Below, one piece after another: positions 7,601 through 15,131 of a DNA stretch of 32,000 bases. Each line of letters opens with the position of its first letter. Positions within the stretch are counted from its first letter, which is position 1. Origin of the DNA: Candidatus Poribacteria bacterium. Its GTDB lineage: Bacteria; Poribacteria; WGA-4E; WGA-3G. Location: positions 21,801 through 53,800 of the forward strand of contig JAPPNJ010000161.1 of NCBI GenBank assembly GCA_028818705.1, given 5' to 3'. The position numbers were made by a program, and so were the translations under genes. Below the pieces are notes generated by a model that did no database searches, was not told where the DNA came from, and was given only the letters and a program-made list of their open reading frames with translations.

Positions 7601-8280
7601 AACTGTTTGTTGAGTTCTTCGGTGTCCAATTTGGCGAGCCATGCTGCGAGCAGACCGTCAAAGTTCTTTGGTTTATTGTTGGCATCCATCCATGCTGCAC
7701 AGACTTCCAGTGAGAGTTCGGAGAGGATGTCGAGGTGCGCGCGATGTGGATTGTTGAGGCGGATGTCTTTGATGAGGGTAACCTGTCCGAGCACATCGCG
7801 GTCCTCGTCGGTTTTGTCTGGACGGCGGTCGGCAAAAGCAACCGTCAGACGGTCACCTGCGCGAAATAAGATCACGGTGGGTGCGAACAGGCGTTTATTG
7901 ATTTCTCGTGTGAACTCGGCGTATTTGGTGCGGGAATAGTTGTTATTTTTTAGTTCAACTGCACAGAATAGGAAGCTTTTTATGTTTCCTTTGTCGAAAG
8001 CGTCTGCCTCGAAAAGTTCCTGCTGACTATCATCAGTGATTTCATCGCTTGTGAATTGGAATATAATTTGTGCGGATTGAGCGTGTTTGCGGAATTCCTG
8101 TTCGGTTTTGGTGTTCGGGTTGCGTGGTGGAAATTCCTGAAAAAAGTCGTGGACGGTGTCGGAGAGTTCAAGGGTAAGTTCGCTTTGGTAACCTATAGTT
8201 GCCAAGAGGTCTTTTGATTTTTCTGAAAAGTCGCCGTTGGGTGTTGCTGATAGTGCGGCTTTGATTGTTTCTTTGTTCAT
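4699..8280 (-). CDS. Large N6-adenine DNA methyltransferase of the Eco57I/PglX/DrmMI-like (type IIG-like) family, with a C-terminal target-recognition region
   Basis: Motif I ILDPAVGSGAFPMG lies at about 6641-6682 and motif IV VVIGNPPYV has NPPY at 5815-5826. Family-typical motifs are RLLFIWFIKEKGL, FINGGLFD, LGRVFEHLL, GVDIEPIACQIAKLRF and LPNLETRF. A long coiled-coil insert separates motifs I and IV. About 390 aa follow NPPY. Confidence 0.9.
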   Translation of the reverse strand: MNKETIKAALSATPNGDFSEKSKDLLATIGYQSELTLELSDTVHDFFQEFPPRNPNTKTEQEFRKHAQSAQIIFQFTSDEITDDSQQELFEADAFDKGNIKSFLFCAVELKNNNYSRTKYAEFTREINKRLFAPTVILFRAGDRLTVAFADRRPDKTDEDRDVLGQVTLIKDIRLNNPHRAHLDILSELSLEVCAAWMDANNKPKNFDGLLAAWLAKLDTEELNKQFYRNLFAWYEWAIETATFPTDENRTLKPAEHVIRLITRLLFIWFIKEKGLVADALFNKSQIQDLLAEDDFDNGDAYYRAVLQNLFFATLNTEIDERKFSKESRNEHRNFSRYRYKIQMRDPDRLLELFDQTPFINGGLFDCLDSFSATGEGGYRIDCFSDKQYHKLSIPNRLFFDAQQGLIPLLEHYKFTVEENTPIEQEVALDPELLGRVFEHLLGEYNPQTRERAQTARKGTGTYYTLRSIVDYMVDEALVATLSQKCSPTDGDTQLWEERLRYLLDYAQIFDDASEWFDDRETDAIVKTISELKILDPAVGSGAFPMGILHKLTLALKRLDMDNSRWEQLQKDLAGKRAAEAFNTQNQQERDAKLTEISDIFERYRDSDFGRKLYLIQNSIFGVDIEPIACQIAKLRFFISLAIEQKTDRDANNFGIKPLPNLETRFIAADALVGLEIAETRELFQEDTVQQLLEEVESIREKYFLTNNRQQKLDLEDQEDKYRERLKTQLEVLRTKWIEKEQQEIERKIAQFPNLKQSKELREEEEEKYKRRKAKFDVGFEDARKIANWKPYDQNATSEWFDPEWMFRFTDGFDVVIGNPPYVESRNSLLTDEQKVAYGKQVVSDWKESLPRGSDLLIYFYARSPKFLNKSGNGCFITQNAWLNTDYGHKFQQFSLNKFSFLKIIDSSSKFFSDSESQNINTIITLFTKRLVEEMEYGIVDANLIIRDKKVIRSNQLMKWGHIFSMPEFYREILGKMTSKLSISGKISFGQGLNFPLSQLSDDESDLPVIVKSAQFVAISAEKRTRVVLGKRRKDKVPALVMPRGIGARHYCTFNSCRAFSYSHVELYLPEDLWNSDMHYCLWIYLNSSFVWLFREITGRKNLGGGLLKAEATDMKMLPVNFNFDFAQEAKQVFNTLKDREPLPVSKEIYTDEHSLIDDIVADYFGFQDRLEDIRNTLIEQVNFRLSRAKSSK

Positions 8281-8378
8281 GTGCTATCTGATTTCTTTCC
8301 TGAAACCTACACAACCCTACTATGAAAATAGATGCATAAGATGTCGGAGTCGCTGATGCTTATTCATTCTGTTCGTAA

Positions 8379-8792
8379 TTACCCTTCCTCTTTTGAAACG
8401 TGGTGTTCATCAAGTTTGGAATTGGAGGTTGCTAACTCAAGTGAGGCAACTGAAGAATCTTCAGTAGTATCTTCGAGATGTAGATTTGTAGTTGACAATG
8501 AGGCAAACAGTTGACATCCAAGCGCGTTAAGGACGGTGCTAAGCATGTCAATTTTTGGTGTTTTCGTGCTATCTAACACTTTCGATAGGAGGTGTGGTTC
8601 AATGTCTATTTTTTTTGCGAGTTCAGAAATTCCGCCCTGCGCTTCAACGACATACTGAAGAGCCAACTGAACTGTGGCGAAATTCTCGTGTATCTGATAT
8701 TCTTCTATGACTGCATCAAGATAACCGCTCACATCTTCTGGTTCTGCAAGTTGCTCTACCATGAAAGCGTCCCAGTTTCCATAAATTTTCAT
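8379..8792 (-). CDS. HTH DNA-binding protein of the addiction-module antidote type (COG3636/HigA-like), with an acidic Ser/Thr-rich tail
   Basis: MKIYGNWDAFMVEQLAEPEDVSGYLDAVIEEY...ALQYVVEAQGGISELAKKIDIEPHLLSKVLDSTKTPKIDMLSTVLNALGCQL matches the antidote-protein pattern. ATG 8792 is preferred over GTG 8873, which would overlap the helicase 3' end. Confidence 0.7.
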   Translation of the reverse strand: MKIYGNWDAFMVEQLAEPEDVSGYLDAVIEEYQIHENFATVQLALQYVVEAQGGISELAKKIDIEPHLLSKVLDSTKTPKIDMLSTVLNALGCQLFASLSTTNLHLEDTTEDSSVASLELATSNSKLDEHHVSKEEG

Positions 8793-8842
8793 CGTTTGTG
8801 TCTCAACGTTTGAAATATAATACCATGCTCCATTATAAAAAG

Positions 8843-11800
8843 TCAAGATTGTCGTTTTGTGATAATTAACCACGTCACCAATTTAAAATTACCAGTATCT
8901 TTAGGTGCTTTGGATGCGGGTGTAAGTTTTGCCTCGCGGGGACTGCCACTCTTCAAAATTTGGCTCTGGGTCTTCGTATGTGACCGTGTGATATGCGTAA
9001 TGACGGTGTCTAACAGTTTGTTGTAATGTGTCATGTTATCGCCGTATTCAGTTTCTTGGTCAAACCAGAGACACAGATCATCTATGGCGTTTTCCTTGCC
9101 GACAGCAGAGGCTTCAAATAGGTCTAATACCTGTTTGGCGTTGATACACCCGTAACGAATATCCCCACTATTTCGGATATAAACGGCATAGTAAGGATGA
9201 ATGGGGCTGGCGGTTTTTTGCTGTTTATCTGCGCTTGCGTTTGTTTGCTGAAGAAAGAAGATGACGCCGTTTTCCGTGGGATTATTTTCATTGTTGGTAA
9301 CGGCATAAGCACCGTCTGGTGTTGCCTCAAGTTTTTCTCTATTCCTTTCGAGATATTTGAGGAGTTGTGCGAAAAAATAATCTAACGTAAAGTCGCTTAT
9401 CACCACACTGTCGGAGAGGTCATCTAAATCAAGGACCTCTTCACGGAGCTGCTCCAACTGTTTATCGCGAAAATTGAGTTCCATCTGTGCTTGTTGGTAT
9501 GTAAATTCATTCAACGGATCGTCATCACCACTTGCGGTGGCATCGGCGAGTGCCATGCGGGATTCAACGCGAGTTCGTAAACGGAGATAGACCTCCATAT
9601 CTTCTGTGGGCCAGTAGTTAATCATCTTGACGGCGACGTTATTGCTCCCGATTCTGTCTATCCGTCCAAACCGTTGAATGATACGGACAGGATTCCAGTG
9701 TATATCGTAGTTTAGGACGGTATCGCAATCCTGAAGGTTTTGTCCTTCTGAGATACAGTCTGTAGCAATCACTATGTCTATATTGTCGTTTGTTCCATCG
9801 GCGCGTCCTCTTGCACGTGGGGCAAAGTTTGTTAGGATATCGTTGAATTTATTTTCTCCGCAGGTTGTTCGCGTCAGATCTCCAGAAACCAGTGCCGTGT
9901 TCAGATCTAATTCCGATGTGAGTTCAGCCAATTTATCATAGAGATATTCTGCCGTATCCTTGAAGGTGGTGAAAATGAACAGCTTGCGATTAGGGTTTCC
10001 GTCCTTATCTTTTGTAGGGTTTAGTGCCTTGTCTCGAATCTGCTTTTTAATCTCTTTCAATTTTCCATCTCTTTCCGGCGTGATGGATTTCACTTTTTTT
10101 AGCACAGCGGTTAAAGTCTGTTTATCTTGGATGATGTCCTGTTTCCATCGGGTGCAATCCAATTCTTTTAGGTGGTAGGGATTTCTGGCACGATTGATTA
10201 GAAATTCCTCATCGTCTTCATCGTCATCGGGTAGGACATCGGCTGTGTCCGCTATATTGCTGTTTTTCTGAAAGCGTTCAATCTTGTCGAGCATTTCATT
10301 GTGTTTGTTGATGGTGCGTTCAAGCGTTTCGGAGAGGGAGTAAGCCGAACTTTCCAGCCGTTTGAGGAAGTTGGTCTGCATCATGCCGATGAGGAATTTC
10401 TCACGGTCTTCCTGATTGAAGCGGAGTCGCTTTTTCTCGTCTGCCAACCGTTGTTTTGCTGTTTCATCTACAACATAACTTGAGGGTCTATAGATGGACA
10501 GTTCAAAGTTACCGATCTGATCCGCCAATGCCTTATATGACAGTTCACCTGATAGGTCAGTCGGGGGGTGGCAATTGACTGGGTCGAGTTGTGTGGGAAA
10601 TTCTCCAATTTTTTCTATTTCTTCGGCATAGTATTTTATGATATGCCTTCGGGAACGCGCAATAGAGACGCCGCCGAGCAGTTGGAAAAATTCTGTACCT
10701 AACGTATCAAATAATTCTGTTTTATCTCGTGTGCCATTTTTAGATGCATTTTCCTCCCACGCTTTGAAGGCTTTTTGCGCCTGTTGTATTAAACTGCGGA
10801 TATTGCTAACTCCCAAACTGTTTCTAAAGACATCCTCACGTTTTTCAGTCATGAGATATATCTGATTGCGGAGGTCGGTGAGTGATGTATTTACGGGTGT
10901 CGCGGAAAGCATCAGCACTTTGGTTTTTGTACCTTCCTTGATGACCTCTTCTAATAGACGGGAATAACGGGTGTGGTGGAAGTTGCCATCTTTGTCCTCA
11001 CGGGGCTTGCTATCGTTTCGGAAGTTGTGGGATTCGTCAATAACAATCAGGTCAAAATTCTGCCAATTGAAATCTGCCAGATTGACACCACCAGCATCGC
11101 CACTATATCTGGATAGGTCAGTGTGTGATAGTAAAGTGTATCCGAATTTATCATCGAGGAACTCATTAGATGCTTGTGAGTTATAGGCTGGATAGCGTGC
11201 CCAATTTTCGCGGAGTTTTTTCGGGCAGAGCACAAGCACGCGTTCGTTTCGCAATTCAAAGAACTTTATCACTGCAAGGGCAGTGTATGTTTTTCCTAAC
11301 CCGACGCTATCAGCCAAAATACAACCGTTGTGTCTCAACAACCGGGCAATTACACTCTTTGCGCCCTCTTTTTGGAAGTCGTATAACTTGTCCCAAATTT
11401 TTGTGTCGTATAGATGGATATCCTCAAGGGTCTGTTCGTCTGTTTTTCGGGTCTCAATTGCTTCGCGGAACAGTTCGTATAAGGTTTTGTAATAGATAAG
11501 TTCTGGTGGGTGGTCTTGCCCTATCTGCTTCAGTTTTGCGAGGACTTTATTTTTCACATCTTCGACGAGTTCATCGTTATTCCAAAGTTCATCAAACCAC
11601 GCCTTGAGGTCGGTTCGGTCTCGGTCGCTATCCACCTCAAGATTAAGTTCAATGTTGCTGTTATTTGAACTGAGTCCGAGTCCACGCATGGTAAAGTTGG
11701 AGCTGCCGAGAATTGCTTTGTCAACGCCGTTGTTGGCGATATGGTACATCTTTCCGTGTATCAGATTTGATTGGCGGGTTGTACGGATTTCTACCTTTTC

Positions 11801-12130
11801 TTTTATCCATTTGGCACAGGCTTTGGCAATCGGTTTCTGTCGAAGTTGCTGATTGAGTGCTAAACCTGTGTCTGTTATGTCAAACGCTTTTTTGTCTGTA
11901 TTATTTGGATCCATACGTTTGACGAAATCGGGGTCCCCAAAAAGAAAACGAAGTTCCTCTATTTTGTTGAGGGAGTGTTGCATCTTTTCATAGGCATAGA
12001 TGGTGAAGTAGGCGGATACGATGGAGAGTGCGGAACCGTTCTTAATTTCTTGTTGTAGAAAATCGTGAACTGTTTCGCGGAGAAGGTTATCTCGGATACC
12101 GGATTTTAGGGATGTGTTTTTATTTGACAT
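8843..12130 (-). CDS. Phospholipase-D (HKD) nuclease domain fused to an SNF2-family helicase/translocase
   Basis: HKD motif HGKMYHIANNGVDKAILGSSNFT, with the His codon at 11756-11758. SNF2 motifs are ILADSVGLGKTYTA, LIVIDESHNFRN and LMLSATPVNT. Helicase-C motifs are ATDCISEGQNLQDCDTVLNYDIHWNPVRIIQRFGRIDRIG. The C-terminal region of about 240 aa is unassigned. Confidence 0.9.
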   Translation of the reverse strand: MSNKNTSLKSGIRDNLLRETVHDFLQQEIKNGSALSIVSAYFTIYAYEKMQHSLNKIEELRFLFGDPDFVKRMDPNNTDKKAFDITDTGLALNQQLRQKPIAKACAKWIKEKVEIRTTRQSNLIHGKMYHIANNGVDKAILGSSNFTMRGLGLSSNNSNIELNLEVDSDRDRTDLKAWFDELWNNDELVEDVKNKVLAKLKQIGQDHPPELIYYKTLYELFREAIETRKTDEQTLEDIHLYDTKIWDKLYDFQKEGAKSVIARLLRHNGCILADSVGLGKTYTALAVIKFFELRNERVLVLCPKKLRENWARYPAYNSQASNEFLDDKFGYTLLSHTDLSRYSGDAGGVNLADFNWQNFDLIVIDESHNFRNDSKPREDKDGNFHHTRYSRLLEEVIKEGTKTKVLMLSATPVNTSLTDLRNQIYLMTEKREDVFRNSLGVSNIRSLIQQAQKAFKAWEENASKNGTRDKTELFDTLGTEFFQLLGGVSIARSRRHIIKYYAEEIEKIGEFPTQLDPVNCHPPTDLSGELSYKALADQIGNFELSIYRPSSYVVDETAKQRLADEKKRLRFNQEDREKFLIGMMQTNFLKRLESSAYSLSETLERTINKHNEMLDKIERFQKNSNIADTADVLPDDDEDDEEFLINRARNPYHLKELDCTRWKQDIIQDKQTLTAVLKKVKSITPERDGKLKEIKKQIRDKALNPTKDKDGNPNRKLFIFTTFKDTAEYLYDKLAELTSELDLNTALVSGDLTRTTCGENKFNDILTNFAPRARGRADGTNDNIDIVIATDCISEGQNLQDCDTVLNYDIHWNPVRIIQRFGRIDRIGSNNVAVKMINYWPTEDMEVYLRLRTRVESRMALADATASGDDDPLNEFTYQQAQMELNFRDKQLEQLREEVLDLDDLSDSVVISDFTLDYFFAQLLKYLERNREKLEATPDGAYAVTNNENNPTENGVIFFLQQTNASADKQQKTASPIHPYYAVYIRNSGDIRYGCINAKQVLDLFEASAVGKENAIDDLCLWFDQETEYGDNMTHYNKLLDTVITHITRSHTKTQSQILKSGSPREAKLTPASKAPKDTGNFKLVTWLIITKRQS

Positions 12131-12235
12131 AGATGTTTCTGTTTATAACAGTAGGCGAGGTTAGAATGCAGATCGCATTTGAGCGAGTACGCTGCAAAAC
12201 CTCGTCAGCGGCGGTGAGAATGGTTCTCCAAAACG

Positions 12236-12853
12236 CTAATCGGGAAATGGGACGCGTTCATAGATTTCCTGCAAAGGCAGTTCGCATTGGATGGAGGTGA
12301 GTGGCAAAATTTCCCCAAGTTCTTGGAAATCGGTGAAAATCCAGTCCTTCTGAGTAATAGGTGTGCTCCCCTGTTTTTCTCGGCGACGGTAGTGTTCAAT
12401 AAGCACCTTGTCTTGGGAAACGAGGACGTATTCCTGCAACGATGTGAGATGCCGATAGTGCCCGAATTTTTCGCCGCGATCATAAGCCTCGGTTGAGGAT
12501 GAAAGGACTTCTACGAGGGTAATGGGGTTAAGGAGTATATCAAAAAAATTATCTTCAAAACGGGGTTCTTCACAAACGACAACGACATTTGGGTAGAAGT
12601 AGGACGAAGTGAGCGGAGAACTCACCCGCATATCGTTGACGTAGGTTTCACATCCGCTGCCTCTTAAGCGGGAATGGAGTGCAGTAGATATGTTGATCGT
12701 AATCAAATTATGGGCGCGGCTCGCGCCAGACATCGCAACCAGTTCACCATTTACGTACTCGTGCCTGATTATTTCCGAATCTGGAAGAAATTTGCGTTCA
12801 AAAGCGATGTATTCTTCGGGTGTAAGGTGTGTTTGTGCTGCGGGGGTTGCCAT
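12236..12853 (-). CDS. Uma2 family (DUF820) putative endonuclease
   Basis: TPEEYIAFER...HEYVNGELVAMSGASRAHNLI...YFYPNVVVVCEE...NPITLVEVLSSSTEAYDRGEKFGHYRHLTSLQEYVLVSQD is the Uma2 pattern. ATG 12853 has GGAGGA 5 nt upstream. Confidence 0.8.
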   Translation of the reverse strand: MATPAAQTHLTPEEYIAFERKFLPDSEIIRHEYVNGELVAMSGASRAHNLITINISTALHSRLRGSGCETYVNDMRVSSPLTSSYFYPNVVVVCEEPRFEDNFFDILLNPITLVEVLSSSTEAYDRGEKFGHYRHLTSLQEYVLVSQDKVLIEHYRRREKQGSTPITQKDWIFTDFQELGEILPLTSIQCELPLQEIYERVPFPD

Positions 12854-13105
12854 GATTTCCTCCGGTGATTGACTGATAGTTTGCATTATAGCGCAACTCT
12901 GAGAAAATGTCAAGGAGGCAGGATCAATCTTGCAGTGCTATCCAAGTGCTTGTAAAGTCTACGATACCATTGTAAATGCATCGCGGTGGGACTACTGGGG
13001 ACATCGCCTGCGTCTGCCAGAAACTTCTCTGATTCAGAGTTCCGTCATTCCTATGCTGCAGGAACGCCCTGCAGCCAGTGCTTCAACGGCTTAATTATTC
13101 AAAGA

Positions 13106-13870
13106 TTAGTTCTCCGGTCGGGGAGGTTTTGGATCGCCTTCTGAAGGCTCATCCTCCGTTTCCTCGGGCGTTTGGGTTTCCTTCGATTCTTGGGGTTGTT
13201 CTTCTGTGGGTTCGGGTTCAGGTTCAGATTCAGGTTCGGAGGGGAGTGGCACTTCTTCAACCGCTGTGGCAGGTGTGGGGAGTTGTGTGAAGATGCTGTC
13301 TTTGGGTGCCTGTGTGTGGCAGGCATGGCAGGGATCACTCGTGCTACCGGGGACATCGCCGCCGACTGCCATAAACTTTGCGGTTTCTCTCTCACGGGTG
13401 TGTTGTGTATAAAGCCATCCGTTGTGTGGGGCATGCGCTGGGTCGTCGGTTTTCTTCATGATGGCGACGTGCTGGACAAACGTGTTGGTGTTATTGTTGA
13501 CCTCCTTGATAATCAGTGTGTTGATGGGAAACGTCTGAAGGGTATTGTCTTTGAGGGCAGCGACACCGATGCCGTTGATATAGACCGAGCGCGTGCCGAA
13601 GCCGTGTGCGGGGTTTCCTTCCTCTGTGGGTTTGATTTCAATGCGTATGCCTTCTCCTGATAGTTCGGGTGGCACGACAGGTTTCATTATCAGCTGTGCC
13701 TCGTCACAGGCGATGAGAGCGACACAACAGAACAGAGTAAAAATGAGCAAATGGTGTGAGCGGCGTAACTGTTGTTTTGTGTAGGTCCTAATATTTGTTA
13801 AACTTTGGACAATTTTAGGTCCGATACAGATACCGCCCCTATGGGGCTGACTTTTTTGGGAAAACCGCAT
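13106..13870 (-). CDS. Cytochrome P460-family haem protein, probably a lipoprotein, with a Pro/Glu-rich C-terminal tail
   Basis: FPINTLIIKE...NGWLY...CHACH...DSIFT (CxxCH) fits the P460-type pattern. A lipobox-like LIAC follows a hydrophobic stretch. The start is uncertain: ATG 13870, TTG 13750, or a non-canonical ATT at 13792 that would give an ideal signal peptide. Confidence 0.55.
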   Translation of the reverse strand: MRFSQKSQPHRGGICIGPKIVQSLTNIRTYTKQQLRRSHHLLIFTLFCCVALIACDEAQLIMKPVVPPELSGEGIRIEIKPTEEGNPAHGFGTRSVYINGIGVAALKDNTLQTFPINTLIIKEVNNNTNTFVQHVAIMKKTDDPAHAPHNGWLYTQHTRERETAKFMAVGGDVPGSTSDPCHACHTQAPKDSIFTQLPTPATAVEEVPLPSEPESEPEPEPTEEQPQESKETQTPEETEDEPSEGDPKPPRPEN

Positions 13871-14160
13871 GTCTATAAAGATTTCGTCCCTACGGGACTG
13901 CCGAGGTGTTGAGGTTTTTCTTTTTCTGTGATTTGTTTTTTCTGTGAAACTCAGAGAAAAATGAGAAATGCTTTGAAAAGAGGTCATCGCCTTCACAGAG
14001 ATTGTCCAAACTATAGTAATGTTTGCAATAAAGGATTATATCACATCTTTGTTTTCTTTCCCAAAGATTTTCCTACATGTATCTTCTTATTTTATGCTAT
14101 ACTATTTGCAGATATTGAAAGTGTTCTGCTGTTTGTAGTGCTATTTTGAAGGAGATTTGG

Positions 14161-15129
14161 ATGAGTACAGAAAGAAAATGGGACGGATCCATTGTCCGCT
14201 ATCCGGATCCAGCAATTGAAACATTGGATCCTCGCTTTAAGAAATATACAATCGGTAATTCCGTTGTTGAACGGTTGTGGACGGGGTCGCGCTGGGCAGA
14301 GGGACCTGCCTGGTTTGGTGATGGTGGATACTTGCTCTGGAGTGATATTCCGAACAATCGGATTCTGAAATGGGAGGAATCCAGCGGTGAGGTGAGCGTC
14401 TATCGCAAACCGTCAAACTATACCAACGGACATACCCGTGATCGACAAGGGAGGCTCATTAGTTGTGAACATGGTGCCCGGCGTGTCACACGAACTGAAT
14501 ACGACGGAACGATTACCGTGGTAATGGACAGTTTCGAGGGTAAGCCTCTCAACGCCCCGAACGATGTCGCTGTCCACCCAGATGGGCATATCTGGTTTAC
14601 TGATCCGGGTTACGGTATTATGCTCAACTACGAAGGACATAAAGCCGAATTCGAGTTGCCGACCTGCGTGTATCGCCTCAACCCAGATACCGGTGAAGCA
14701 ACCGTTGCTACTGACGAGCTTGAAAAACCGAACGGTATCTGCTTTTCGCCTGACTATGAAAAACTTTATCTGGTTGATACCGGGGTTACGCATAACGAGG
14801 GAACACCGCGTCACCTCTTTGTCTACGATGTCATAGATGGCGAACGATTGGGCAAACAAGAGGTATTCTGTGATACTGCACCTGGTATCGCTGACGGTAT
14901 CCGGTGTGATGTTGACGGAAACCTGTGGGCAAGTGCAGGCTGGGCTGGCGACGGCTACGATGGTGTGCATGTTTTCGCACCGGATGGAACCCGAATTGGG
15001 CAAATTCATCTCCCTGAAATCTGCGCAAATCTCTGCTTTGGCGGTGTGAAACGGAATCGACTGTTTATGATGGGTAGCCAGTCTCTCTACGCAGTTTATG
15101 TGGAAGCGCAAGGGGTGCCGTATTTTTAG
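14161..15129 (+). CDS. SMP-30/gluconolactonase/LRE family protein
   Basis: WAEGPAWFGDGGYLLWSDIPNNRILKW...NGHTRDRQGRLISCEH...LNAPNDVAVHPDGHIWFTDP...PNGICFSPD matches the family. ATG 14161 has AAGGAG upstream. Confidence 0.85.
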   Translation: MSTERKWDGSIVRYPDPAIETLDPRFKKYTIGNSVVERLWTGSRWAEGPAWFGDGGYLLWSDIPNNRILKWEESSGEVSVYRKPSNYTNGHTRDRQGRLISCEHGARRVTRTEYDGTITVVMDSFEGKPLNAPNDVAVHPDGHIWFTDPGYGIMLNYEGHKAEFELPTCVYRLNPDTGEATVATDELEKPNGICFSPDYEKLYLVDTGVTHNEGTPRHLFVYDVIDGERLGKQEVFCDTAPGIADGIRCDVDGNLWASAGWAGDGYDGVHVFAPDGTRIGQIHLPEICANLCFGGVKRNRLFMMGSQSLYAVYVEAQGVPYF

Positions 15130-15131
15130 TC

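Noticed and set aside
8793-9000. Hidden RelE/ParE-like killer gene upstream of the antidote-type HTH
   Set aside because: I translated the minus-strand frames by hand. One is the helicase C-terminus, one is the GTG-extended HTH frame (VNYHKTTILTFYNGAWYYISNVETQT), and the third has early stops. None resembles a toxin.
4699-12130. Classifying the helicase and methyltransferase as DISARM class 1 or as BREX
   Set aside because: There is no DrmA (DUF1998-associated helicase) or DrmB. There is also no PglZ, BrxC/PglY, BrxA, BrxB or BrxL-like ORF anywhere in the window. Only partial domain resemblance remains (SNF2, adenine methyltransferase, PLD).
13172-13660. Plus-strand ORFs opposite the P460-like gene (13172-13660, 13206-13412, 13078-13290)
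   Set aside because: They are Gly/Phe/Arg-rich translations of the complementary strand of the PE-rich repeat, so they are shadow ORFs.
14413-15111. 232-aa antisense ORF opposite the SMP-30 lactonase gene
   Set aside because: The plus-strand frame has clear family motifs. The antisense translation has none and is a typical shadow ORF.
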